A stretch of 24,000 nt of DNA, from the sequence record PQ564427.1; one strand, written 5' to 3'. This document shows positions 7,148 through 14,571 of this stretch, one piece after another. The translations under genes were made by a program, and so were the position numbers. Source of the DNA: Raoultella phage Ra_O-1. Under the pieces are notes generated by a model. It ran no database searches. It saw nothing but the letters and a program-made list of their open reading frames with translations, and was not told the origin of the DNA. Numbering within the stretch: position 1 is the stretch's first letter; every line of letters starts with the position of its first letter.

Positions 7148-8475
7148 TTACGTTTGACCAATTAAAAGAAAGTCAAAAAGCGATTTTTAATAAAGTCATT
7201 GAAATGGTCAAACAAGGAGCTAAAGGTCAACATATTACGATTAATGGACCTGCCGGTACAGGTAAAACAACTTTAACCAAATTTATCATTGACGCTTTGA
7301 TTTCTCAGGGTATCTCTGGCATCGCGCTGGCAGCACCTACACATGGGGCCAAAAAGGTTTTATCTAAGCTCAGCGGAATGCAAGCCAGTACTATTCATAG
7401 TCTTCTGAAAATTAACCCGACGACATATGAAGAAAACGTTCTGTTTGAACAAAAGAAAGTTCCGGATATGGCATCTATTCGAGTTCTCATCTGCGATGAA
7501 GCTTCAATGTATGACCGTAAGCTGTTTAAGATTTTGATGGCAACTATTCCTGCCTGGTGTATTGTCATTGCCATTGGTGATAAGGCTCAAATACGTCCGG
7601 TAGAACCTGGAAGTAATGAACCTGCATTGAGTCCATTCTTCACTCATAAAGATTTCTTACAGCTTCATTTGACCGAGGTGATGCGAAGTAATGCTCCAAT
7701 CATTGAAGTTGCTACTGAAATCAGAAACGGTGGGTGGATTCGTGACTGTGTAGTTGATGGTCATGGCGTCCGTGGTTTTACTAAAGGAACTGCCCTTAAA
7801 GATTTTATGCTAAATTATTTTAATTTAGTTAAAACACCAGAAGATTTATTTGAAAACAGAATGCTTGCATTCACGAATAAATCTGTGGATAAATTGAATG
7901 AAATAATCAGACGCAGAATCTATGAAACTGAACGACCATTCGTAGTAGGTGAGATTGTTGTTATGCAAGAACCTCTTACCAAGGAACTTAAATTTGAAGG
8001 GAAGAAATTCAGCGAAATTCTTTTCAATAATGGTCAGTTTGTTCGCATATTAGATGCAGTTGAAACCACCACGTTTTTGGGTGCCAGAGGTGTTCCAGGT
8101 GAATATCTGGTTCGTCATTGGGTATTAGATATTGAAACCTATGGCGACGATGAAGAATACGCTAGAGAGAAAATCTGTGTCATCTCATCTGAAGAAGAAA
8201 TGAATAAGTTTCAATTCTTTTTGGCAAAAACTGCAGATACATATAAGAATTGGAATAAAGGAGGTAAAGCTCCTTGGTCTGAGTTCTGGGATGCTAAGCG
8301 TAAGTTTCATAAAGTGAAAGCATTACCAGCTTCGACTTTCCATAAGGCCCAGGGCATCTCAATTGACAGAAGCTTCATTTATACTCCATGCATTCACATG
8401 GCAGATGCTTCTCTCGCGCAACAGTTATTATATGTTGGTACTACTCGTGGTCGTTATGATGTATTCTATGTGTGA
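7144..8475 (+). CDS. dda: DNA helicase Dda (SF1B)
   Basis: Walker A NGPAGTGKTTLTKFI, LICDEASMYD, IAIGDKAQIRPV, TFHKAQGISIDRSFIY, LLYVGTTRGRYDVFYV. Confidence 0.95.
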   Translation: MITFDQLKESQKAIFNKVIEMVKQGAKGQHITINGPAGTGKTTLTKFIIDALISQGISGIALAAPTHGAKKVLSKLSGMQASTIHSLLKINPTTYEENVLFEQKKVPDMASIRVLICDEASMYDRKLFKILMATIPAWCIVIAIGDKAQIRPVEPGSNEPALSPFFTHKDFLQLHLTEVMRSNAPIIEVATEIRNGGWIRDCVVDGHGVRGFTKGTALKDFMLNYFNLVKTPEDLFENRMLAFTNKSVDKLNEIIRRRIYETERPFVVGEIVVMQEPLTKELKFEGKKFSEILFNNGQFVRILDAVETTTFLGARGVPGEYLVRHWVLDIETYGDDEEYAREKICVISSEEEMNKFQFFLAKTADTYKNWNKGGKAPWSEFWDAKRKFHKVKALPASTFHKAQGISIDRSFIYTPCIHMADASLAQQLLYVGTTRGRYDVFYV

Positions 8476-8481
8476 GGTAAT

Positions 8482-8736
8482 ATGTTTGAATTGAAATTAG
8501 AAGACCTTCAAACAATGGTTGTTGGCTTACAAGAATCTAAGTTTGAAGCACCAGACAATGTTAAGCGTGCTATTAACATTAAAATTGATACAGTTCTGAA
8601 TGAGCTTCGTGATATAGCAGATAATGCTAATGCTATTACTTGGTTCACAGGATATGACCCAAAGGTGTATCTGAGCGAATATATTGGTTGCCAGTTACGC
8701 GAAATTAAATTTATGCTAGAGGCTCAAAATGGCTAA
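8482..8736 (+). CDS. Hypothetical protein, 84 aa, between dda and dexA
   Basis: GTGAGGTAATATG; ATGG overlap with dexA. Confidence 0.75.
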   Translation: MFELKLEDLQTMVVGLQESKFEAPDNVKRAINIKIDTVLNELRDIADNANAITWFTGYDPKVYLSEYIGCQLREIKFMLEAQNG

Positions 8737-9418
8737 AGACTTTATTATTGATTTTGAAACATTCGGAAATGTGTCAAGCTCTTCCGTGATTGACCTTGCA
8801 CTAATCACCTTTGATTCTGACCCTGAAGTTCTGGAAAGCTTCGATGAATTGGTCAAGCGTGGTCATCGTATTAAGTTTGACCTTAAATCCCAGAAAGGTC
8901 ATCGGTTATTTGGTAAGTCTACTCTTGAGTGGTGGAAGAAACAATCAGCTGAGGCCCGTGCTAACCTGGCCTCAACTCCAGACGATTTATCAGTAATTGC
9001 TGGAATTAAAGAAGCTCAGCAATATCTGATTGATAATGGAATTCACCCATGGGATTCCTTTGGTTGGTGTCGTGGGCAGAGCTTTGACTTTCCGATTTTT
9101 GTCGATTGTCTTCGCGATGTTCAACGAGCCCAAGGAATTTCCGAAGAAGAAATTGATACATTTAAAGAAGAACCATGCAAGTTCTGGAATCAGCGTGATA
9201 TTCGTACTGCAATTGAATCGCTGCTTCTGACTCGTGGTCTGACAACTACTCCTCTTCCAAAAGGTACGCTCGACGGGTTTATCGCGCATGATAGTATCCA
9301 TGACTGTGCTAAAGATATTCTAATGCTTAAATACGCTCAACGCTATGCTCTAGGTCTAAGCGAAGCACCAAGCCCAGAAGATACCGATCCGCTGAGTTTA
9401 CCTAAGGGGCGTGGCTAA
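8729..9418 (+). CDS. dexA: Exonuclease A (DexA), DEDD-type 3'-5' exonuclease
   Basis: FIIDFETFG...VIDLALITFD (DE motif), WGWCRGQSFDFPIF and HDSIHDCAKDILML exonuclease motifs; location next to dda. Confidence 0.92.
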   Translation: MAKDFIIDFETFGNVSSSSVIDLALITFDSDPEVLESFDELVKRGHRIKFDLKSQKGHRLFGKSTLEWWKKQSAEARANLASTPDDLSVIAGIKEAQQYLIDNGIHPWDSFGWCRGQSFDFPIFVDCLRDVQRAQGISEEEIDTFKEEPCKFWNQRDIRTAIESLLLTRGLTTTPLPKGTLDGFIAHDSIHDCAKDILMLKYAQRYALGLSEAPSPEDTDPLSLPKGRG

Positions 9419-9585
9419 TGGAAGATTTTGAATTCGACGAAAACTTCGAAGAGTGGTTCAACCGGGAAATCCTCCCGGAAATCTCTCCAACGATGGTTCT
9501 GGTAGCTAAGGCTATGATGGCTAAAGGGTGGGAAGCTGGGTATCTGTTCGGCGTCGATGTTGGATGTGAAATTTCTCACCGATAA
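9418..9585 (+). CDS. Hypothetical acidic protein, 55 aa
   Basis: TAATG coupling with dexA; translation MEDFEFDENFEEWFNREILPEISPTMVLVAKAMMAKGWEAGYLFGVDVGCEISHR; not in the supplied track. Confidence 0.7.
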   Translation: MEDFEFDENFEEWFNREILPEISPTMVLVAKAMMAKGWEAGYLFGVDVGCEISHR

Positions 9586-9587
9586 CT

Positions 9588-9617
9588 ATTTACTTTATGA
9601 AAGAGCCGTTATATAAT
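9588..9617 (+). promoter_or_regulatory. Early-type promoter (ATTTAC-N18-TATAAT)
   Basis: ATTTAC 9588-9593, TATAAT 9612-9617; flanked by AGAGCC/GGCTCT. Confidence 0.7.
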
Positions 9618-9648
9618 GGCTCTACATTAACAAACTGAGAGAAACACG

Positions 9649-10089
9649 ATGAAAAATTTAGTTGTAGGTGAAAACATTCGAGTTATTGGTGGAAAGCATA
9701 TCGGTAAAGAAGGCGTAATTATTGGAATCTTTAATCGTTCCAATAAACTGTCTTCATATTTGCTTCAATTGGAAAATGAAGAAAAAGCAGTATATTCACT
9801 GCAAAAATTTGTTGTTGCTCTCGAGTCTCGCGACCTGCTAGATTCTATGTTTGGTGAAAGCTATCTGCGTAAGTGGGTGCATGTTAATTCAATCGAAAAT
9901 ATTCGTACTCAATCAGTGAGTACTAAAAACCCAAATATTAATTTGTCGGTAAACAAAAATGTTCTTGTCACCGATGAGTGGGAAGAAGACGGTAAAACCT
10001 GGGTAAATGTAGTGTTTCAAGGCAACTATGCGGTTCTGCCTAAAGATGATGTAGAGCCGACAGAATCACAACAGCCAGGATTAGTATAA
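9649..10089 (+). CDS. Hypothetical protein with a possible N-terminal KOW/SH3-like region, 146 aa
   Basis: Own promoter; GAG SD; VVGENIRVIGGKHIGKEGVIIGIF is KOW-like. Confidence 0.75.
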   Translation: MKNLVVGENIRVIGGKHIGKEGVIIGIFNRSNKLSSYLLQLENEEKAVYSLQKFVVALESRDLLDSMFGESYLRKWVHVNSIENIRTQSVSTKNPNINLSVNKNVLVTDEWEEDGKTWVNVVFQGNYAVLPKDDVEPTESQQPGLV

Positions 10090-10095
10090 AAAGTT

Positions 10096-10125
10096 GTTTA
10101 CTTTACCACAAGGATGTGGTACTAT
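10096..10125 (+). promoter_or_regulatory. Early-type promoter (GTTTAC-N18-TACTAT)
   Basis: GTTTAC 10096-10101, TACTAT 10120-10125, TGG extension. Confidence 0.75.
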
Positions 10126-10153
10126 TATCTTATCAACTACTGAGGAGAATAAC

Positions 10154-10369
10154 ATGAAAACTGAAAACACTGTAAAAATTACTGCCGAAGCTTTTGAAGA
10201 CATTCTGTTCAACCCGGACTTAATCGTCGTTCAGAAAGAGAAAACCTTCGGTAAAGAAGAGCATTGGACCTGGTTGTATGTATTCGCGAATCATGGTGAT
10301 ATCGTCCCAGTTCGTACCTTTGCTCGTGTAATCACAGTTGATGGCCCAGAATACATGGAGATTGTGTAA
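10154..10369 (+). CDS. Hypothetical protein, 71 aa
   Basis: GAGGAG SD and ATG at 10154, corrected from 10094, which would overlap the promoter. Confidence 0.75.
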   Translation: MKTENTVKITAEAFEDILFNPDLIVVQKEKTFGKEEHWTWLYVFANHGDIVPVRTFARVITVDGPEYMEIV

Positions 10370-10734
10370 TGAATTTTAAAGAAGGCGTACAGTACAAATT
10401 CGTCAATGATGAAGCGGAAGAAGAATTTTCTTCACGTTATGAGGTTAATGAAGACTTTGTGTATGAACTCTATGAAAATGGCGGGAGTTTTACTGTTACT
10501 AAAGTTGACTACCAAAATAATAGAGTATCCGGAATTATGTGGGCTAATGGCACAGAATGCGATGAAGTCGGAGGTGAAGACCTTGTAATTTTTGATAGCG
10601 AATTCAAATACTTTACTGAAGTTGGAACTTCCGCGAATGTAATTCCAACCGATTTGGTTATGAATCTTTCTATTCATAACCGTGGTCAAGCAATTGCTGC
10701 TATTGCAGCACTGCAGAGTGCATATCAATGTTAA
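10369..10734 (+). CDS. Hypothetical acidic protein, 121 aa
   Basis: TAATG coupling with the preceding gene; long frame. Confidence 0.75.
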   Translation: MNFKEGVQYKFVNDEAEEEFSSRYEVNEDFVYELYENGGSFTVTKVDYQNNRVSGIMWANGTECDEVGGEDLVIFDSEFKYFTEVGTSANVIPTDLVMNLSIHNRGQAIAAIAALQSAYQC

Positions 10735-11063
10735 ATTTAGCTCCTATTTTTGAAGCATCAAAATTGTCTTATCCTATTCCTAACCGTAGCATTGGGAATG
10801 TCATGCTGCAACTTTCTTCAGAAACTGGAGAAATGTGTGATTGGATTAATCGTCCATGGCGGCAGAAAGAAGAATTTGAAGGCGAGTGCGCAGATGTTAT
10901 TAACTGTGTAGTAGATGCACTTTGGCTTCATTTCAGAAATCGTCATAAAAATGATACTCATGTATCAGATGATGAAATCTCCATGATGGTTACTCGTGCG
11001 CTGAATGAGCAAATCATAGTCAAAACACAAAAATGGAAGGATGCTGTTAATGCCAACGTATGA
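10728..11063 (+). CDS. MazG-like nucleotide pyrophosphohydrolase, 111 aa
   Basis: LSSETGEMCDWINRPWR...EEFEGECADVINCVVDALW fits the MazG/all-alpha NTP-PPase ExxE...ExxD arrangement. Confidence 0.65.
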   Translation: MLNLAPIFEASKLSYPIPNRSIGNVMLQLSSETGEMCDWINRPWRQKEEFEGECADVINCVVDALWLHFRNRHKNDTHVSDDEISMMVTRALNEQIIVKTQKWKDAVNANV

Positions 11064-11226
11064 TTACAAGTGTGAAGTCTGTGGAAAAAAGATAGAAATT
11101 ATGCGTAAAATTTCCCATCGTGACTACACTGTTAACTGCTTTAACCCTAAGTGTGAAGGCCAAATGAAGCGAGTGGTTTCTGCTCCGGCAGTTCACTACG
11201 ATGGATTAAAGAGTGGTGATTATTGA
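11050..11226 (+). CDS. FmdB-like zinc-ribbon protein, 58 aa
   Basis: MPTYDYKCEVCGKKIEIMRKISH...CFNPKCEGQMKRVVSAPAV with paired Cys; start corrected from 11041. Confidence 0.7.
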   Translation: MPTYDYKCEVCGKKIEIMRKISHRDYTVNCFNPKCEGQMKRVVSAPAVHYDGLKSGDY

Positions 11227-11315
11227 TGGGAACTAAAGCACGCATTACCATGAAACCCGGAGAAATCCGGGTTATTAAAGTAGGTAATATAACTTATAGG
11301 GTTAAATTAAAATGA
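11226..11315 (+). CDS. Hypothetical peptide, 29 aa (MGTKARITMKPGEIRVIKVGNITYRVKLK)
   Basis: TGATG coupling upstream, ATGA overlap downstream; very short. Confidence 0.45.
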   Translation: MGTKARITMKPGEIRVIKVGNITYRVKLK

Positions 11316-11560
11316 AAAAGATTTTAATTACAGCGCTTGCCTTCATGATGATTGGATGCACTGACGCTGATAACGCAACTCGTGTGTTAGATAACGCGGG
11401 ATTTACTGATATCAAAATCACCGGATATAAGTTCTTTTCTTGCTCAGAGGATGATTTTCAGCACACAGGCTTTACGGCTATTGGGCCAACAGGGAAACCT
11501 GTTAACGGAACAGTGTGCTCAGGGCTTTTTCTTAAGAACAGCACAATTCGTTATGAATAA
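11312..11560 (+). CDS. Small lipoprotein, 82 aa
   Basis: Signal plus lipobox ALAFMMIGC; remainder ATRVLDNAGFTDIKITGYKFFSCSEDD..HTGFTAIGPTGKPVNGTVCSG. Confidence 0.75.
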   Translation: MKKILITALAFMMIGCTDADNATRVLDNAGFTDIKITGYKFFSCSEDDFQHTGFTAIGPTGKPVNGTVCSGLFLKNSTIRYE

Positions 11561-11578
11561 ATGGCCTTCGGGTCATTT
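11559..11578 (+). terminator. TTCG-loop hairpin, terminator candidate
   Basis: AAATGGCC-TTCG-GGTCATTT directly at the lipoprotein stop; no long U tract. Confidence 0.5.
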
Positions 11579-11582
11579 AGTT

Positions 11583-11612
11583 GTTTACATGGACACCGTG
11601 TTTTGGTATTAT
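11583..11612 (+). promoter_or_regulatory. Early-type promoter (GTTTAC-N18-TATTAT)
   Basis: GTTTAC 11583-11588, TATTAT 11607-11612, TGG extension. Confidence 0.75.
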
Positions 11613-11638
11613 AGTCTTGTTGGCCAGAGGAGAATATT

Positions 11639-12007
11639 ATGATTATTGGAATGACAACTGCGCAAAGGCGTGCTAAACGACAGTTAAAAATGGTAGAGCG
11701 GGCTATTGGAAAATACAGGTTTGCTTGGTGGCCAATCAATGACGTAAATGGTCGTACTATTTGGATGCAGAAATATTATGAAGTCTGTGAAGAGTGGATT
11801 TCACTTAATGAAAACAACGAGTACCGGATTGAACAGTACTACGGAAATTCTCGATATGCATACGCTAACGTTAGTGATGCTCAATGGACTATGTTTGAAC
11901 GACAGCGGCCCCGATATCCCGAGTATAAAGCGGTTAAAGGAGGCCATGAGGTTCTTGGTAAATTGATGTATATCAAAGAAGAATTACTTGCTATAATTAA
12001 TAGTTGA
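11639..12007 (+). CDS. Hypothetical protein, 122 aa
   Basis: GAGGAG SD, own promoter. Confidence 0.75.
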   Translation: MIIGMTTAQRRAKRQLKMVERAIGKYRFAWWPINDVNGRTIWMQKYYEVCEEWISLNENNEYRIEQYYGNSRYAYANVSDAQWTMFERQRPRYPEYKAVKGGHEVLGKLMYIKEELLAIINS

Positions 12008-12013
12008 TATAAT
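11989..12013 (+). promoter_or_regulatory. Candidate MotA-type middle promoter for topoisomerase gene 39
   Basis: TGCTAT 11989-11994, TATAAT 12008-12013, distance 19, same geometry as 3311-3335 and 4323-4347. Confidence 0.55.
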
Positions 12014-12037
12014 TCCTTCACTAACCGAGGAAATGTA

Positions 12038-13876
12038 ATGATTAAGAACGAAATTAAAATTCTGAGTGACCGAGAACATATCATTAAGCGTAGCGGAATG
12101 TACATTGGTAGTTCTGCGTTTGAAGCGCATGACCGTTTTCTTTTTGGTAAATTCCAATCAGTAAAGTATGTTCCTGGTATTATTAAGCTGATTGACGAAA
12201 TCATTGATAACTCCGTTGATGAAGCTATTCGTACTAATTTCAAACACGCGAATAAGATTTCAGTTGATGTTAAAGGCAACAAAATTATTGTAACAGATAA
12301 TGGTCGTGGTCTTCCACAGGCTCCTGTGGTAACACCTGAAGGAGAAACTATTCCGGGACCAGTAGCTGCATGGACTCGTCCTCGTGCCGGTGGTAACTTT
12401 GGTGATGATGCTGAGCGTAAAACCGGTGGTATGAACGGTGTTGGTTCTGCGTTAACGAATATTTTTTCTGTGACATTTGTGGGTGCAACCTGTGATGGAA
12501 AAAATGAAATCGTTGTCCGCTGTTCAAATGGCGCAGAGAATGTTTCTTGGGAAGAACACCCAGCTAAAGATAAAGAATTTATTAAAGACAAGACTGGTAC
12601 TGTCGTGTCATTTATCCCAGATTTCACCCACTTTGAATCTGATAGCTTAACTGATGTTGACCAATCCATCATTCATGACCGTCTGATGACGTTAGCTGTA
12701 GTTTATCCTGACATTGAATTTAAATTCATGGGTAAACGAGTTCAGGGCAAGTTTAAAGCTTATGCCCACATGTATGATGAAAACGCTGTAGTGCAGGATT
12801 CTGATACATGTGCTATTGCTATTGGCCGCTCAGATGATGGGTTCCGCCAACTTTCATATGTTAATAACATTCACACCAAAAATGGTGGTACTCACGTTGA
12901 TTTAGTTCTTGATGAACTCAGCAACGAGCTTATTCCTGCATTGAAACGCAAGTACAAGCTTGAAGTCAACAAAGCCCGAATTAAAGAATGCTTGACTGTT
13001 ATCATGTTTATTCGTGATATGTCTAACATGCGATTTGATTCTCAGACTAAAGAGCGTCTAACTTCTCCGTGGGGCGAAATTCGTAGTCATATTGATATTG
13101 ATTATAAGAAGCTTGCTAACGCTATTATGAAATCAGAAGATATTCATATGCCGATTATTGAGGCGATGTTAGCTCGTAAACTTGCTGCAGAGAAAGCTGC
13201 TGAAACTAAAGCTGCTAAAAAGGCACAGAAAGCCAAAGTAGCTAAGCACATCAAAGCCAACAAATATGGTAAAGATGCTGACACAACTTTATTCTTAACC
13301 GAAGGTGATTCTGCTATCGGTTATCTACTTACAACTCGTGACCGTGAACTTCATGGCGGATATCCTTTGCGTGGTAAGTTCATGAACACATGGGGAATGT
13401 CTGCTGCGGATGCGATGAAGAATAAAGAAGTATTTGACATTTGTGCAATCACTGGTTTGACTATCGGTGAACCCGCTGAAAATACTAACTATCGAAATAT
13501 TGCCATCATGACTGATGCAGACGTTGATGGTGTTGGTTCAATTTTCCCAAGTCTTTTGGCGTTCTTTAGTAATTGGCCAGAATTATTTGAACAAGGTCGA
13601 ATCCGCTTTGTGAAAACTCCGGTTATTATTCTTACTAAAGGTAAAGAACAACGTTGGTTCTATTCTCTTGGCGAATATGAAGACCATAAAGATGATTTCA
13701 AAGGTTGGAAACTTCGTTATATTAAAGGTCTTGGCTCTCTTGAAGAAGATGAATACGAGCGTGTTATTCAAGACCCGGTTTATGATGTAGTATCTCTTCC
13801 TGAAAACTGGAAAGAACTTTTTGAATTAATCATGGGTAACGATGCTGCTCCACGTAAGACCTGGATGAGTGAATAA
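12038..13876 (+). CDS. 39: Type II DNA topoisomerase large subunit, unsplit (T4 gp39 + gp60 equivalent), 612 aa
   Basis: GHKL ATPase (LIDEIIDNSVDEA, VTDNGRGLP), TEGDSAIGYL Toprim, IMTDADVDGVGS..SLLAFFSNWPELFEQGRIRFVKTPVI corresponding to T4 gp60. Confidence 0.95.
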   Translation: MIKNEIKILSDREHIIKRSGMYIGSSAFEAHDRFLFGKFQSVKYVPGIIKLIDEIIDNSVDEAIRTNFKHANKISVDVKGNKIIVTDNGRGLPQAPVVTPEGETIPGPVAAWTRPRAGGNFGDDAERKTGGMNGVGSALTNIFSVTFVGATCDGKNEIVVRCSNGAENVSWEEHPAKDKEFIKDKTGTVVSFIPDFTHFESDSLTDVDQSIIHDRLMTLAVVYPDIEFKFMGKRVQGKFKAYAHMYDENAVVQDSDTCAIAIGRSDDGFRQLSYVNNIHTKNGGTHVDLVLDELSNELIPALKRKYKLEVNKARIKECLTVIMFIRDMSNMRFDSQTKERLTSPWGEIRSHIDIDYKKLANAIMKSEDIHMPIIEAMLARKLAAEKAAETKAAKKAQKAKVAKHIKANKYGKDADTTLFLTEGDSAIGYLLTTRDRELHGGYPLRGKFMNTWGMSAADAMKNKEVFDICAITGLTIGEPAENTNYRNIAIMTDADVDGVGSIFPSLLAFFSNWPELFEQGRIRFVKTPVIILTKGKEQRWFYSLGEYEDHKDDFKGWKLRYIKGLGSLEEDEYERVIQDPVYDVVSLPENWKELFELIMGNDAAPRKTWMSE

Positions 13877-13916
13877 ATAGTACGGGTAATATTGCCCTGC
13901 TATAGAAGGAATTACT

Positions 13917-14069
13917 ATGCAACGTTATTGGATTACTTTGGTCTCAGGCGATTACGGATACATGTTTGCCGAAAAGAAACCTCTTCCTGGTACTTGGGTT
14001 ACTATCTGGGTGGAAAACTCGGATGGTTCTAAACATGAGGTGTATGGCCGCGTTAGCAGAGTGCATTAA
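13917..14069 (+). CDS. Hypothetical protein, 50 aa (MQRYWITLVSGDYGYMFAEKKPLPGTWVTIWVENSDGSKHEVYGRVSRVH)
   Basis: GAAGGA SD, compact ORF ending at a terminator; absent from the supplied track. Confidence 0.6.
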   Translation: MQRYWITLVSGDYGYMFAEKKPLPGTWVTIWVENSDGSKHEVYGRVSRVH

Positions 14070-14073
14070 TCCC

Positions 14074-14097
14074 GAGGGGCTTCGGCCCCTCTTTTTT
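14074..14097 (+). terminator. Rho-independent terminator
   Basis: GAGGGGC-TTCG-GCCCCTC followed by TTTTTT. Confidence 0.92.
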
Positions 14098-14109
14098 GAG
14101 GAAATTATC

Positions 14110-14358
14110 ATGAAGTCTACCATCATTTCAATACTCCGCACTGAGGCACTAAAATACTCAGTCGACCCCTCCAATGAATACCAAGAACTTTTAATCAAGC
14201 GGTTATTAAACTCTATAGCTGACCGATTAGAAAGTAATCAGAGTGTCCCTATTAATCACAGTCTTTTTGCTATGAAAGTGATACGCTTTTTGCGTCCTGA
14301 TATTAAAATTGCCGACATGGTCAAAGTGATTAAATCATCAGGAGCAGTAAAATGCTAA
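14110..14358 (+). CDS. Hypothetical protein, 82 aa
   Basis: GAGG SD; ATG at 14110 corrected from 13966, which would run through the terminator. Confidence 0.7.
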   Translation: MKSTIISILRTEALKYSVDPSNEYQELLIKRLLNSIADRLESNQSVPINHSLFAMKVIRFLRPDIKIADMVKVIKSSGAVKC

Positions 14359-14561
14359 AGAAAAGTTATGTTCCAAATAAAGAATTATTTGACGATGCTA
14401 TTCACCGGGAGTATCGTATCATCCAACGCTTCTTTGATGTCCAAGCTGCGGAGGAATTCAAAGACCGCTTTAAACAAATCAGTGATAAAATTTTTACAAC
14501 TAACACCGCTACTGCTGAAGAGCTCCTTGAAGTAGCAGAAATCATTAAACGACATAATTGA
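14352..14561 (+). CDS. Hypothetical protein, 69 aa
   Basis: SD GGAGCAG; short overlap with preceding gene. Confidence 0.7.
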   Translation: MLKKSYVPNKELFDDAIHREYRIIQRFFDVQAAEEFKDRFKQISDKIFTTNTATAEELLEVAEIIKRHN

Positions 14562-14571
14562 TAGGAATAAA

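Noticed and set aside
11881-12672. 263-aa minus-strand ORF
   Set aside because: Fully antisense to the topoisomerase 5' end and the 122-aa gene; composition reflects the reverse complement of coding sequence and no SD was seen. Probably spurious.
13871-13902. GAATAAATAG and TGCTATAG near the gene 39 stop as late or middle promoter
   Set aside because: Octamer has mismatches at key positions, and no -10 hexamer lies 19 nt after TGCTAT; insufficient support.
13966-14109. Upstream extension of the 82-aa gene as given in the ORF track
   Set aside because: It would cross a strong rho-independent terminator and overlap the 50-aa ORF; ATG 14110 is better placed.
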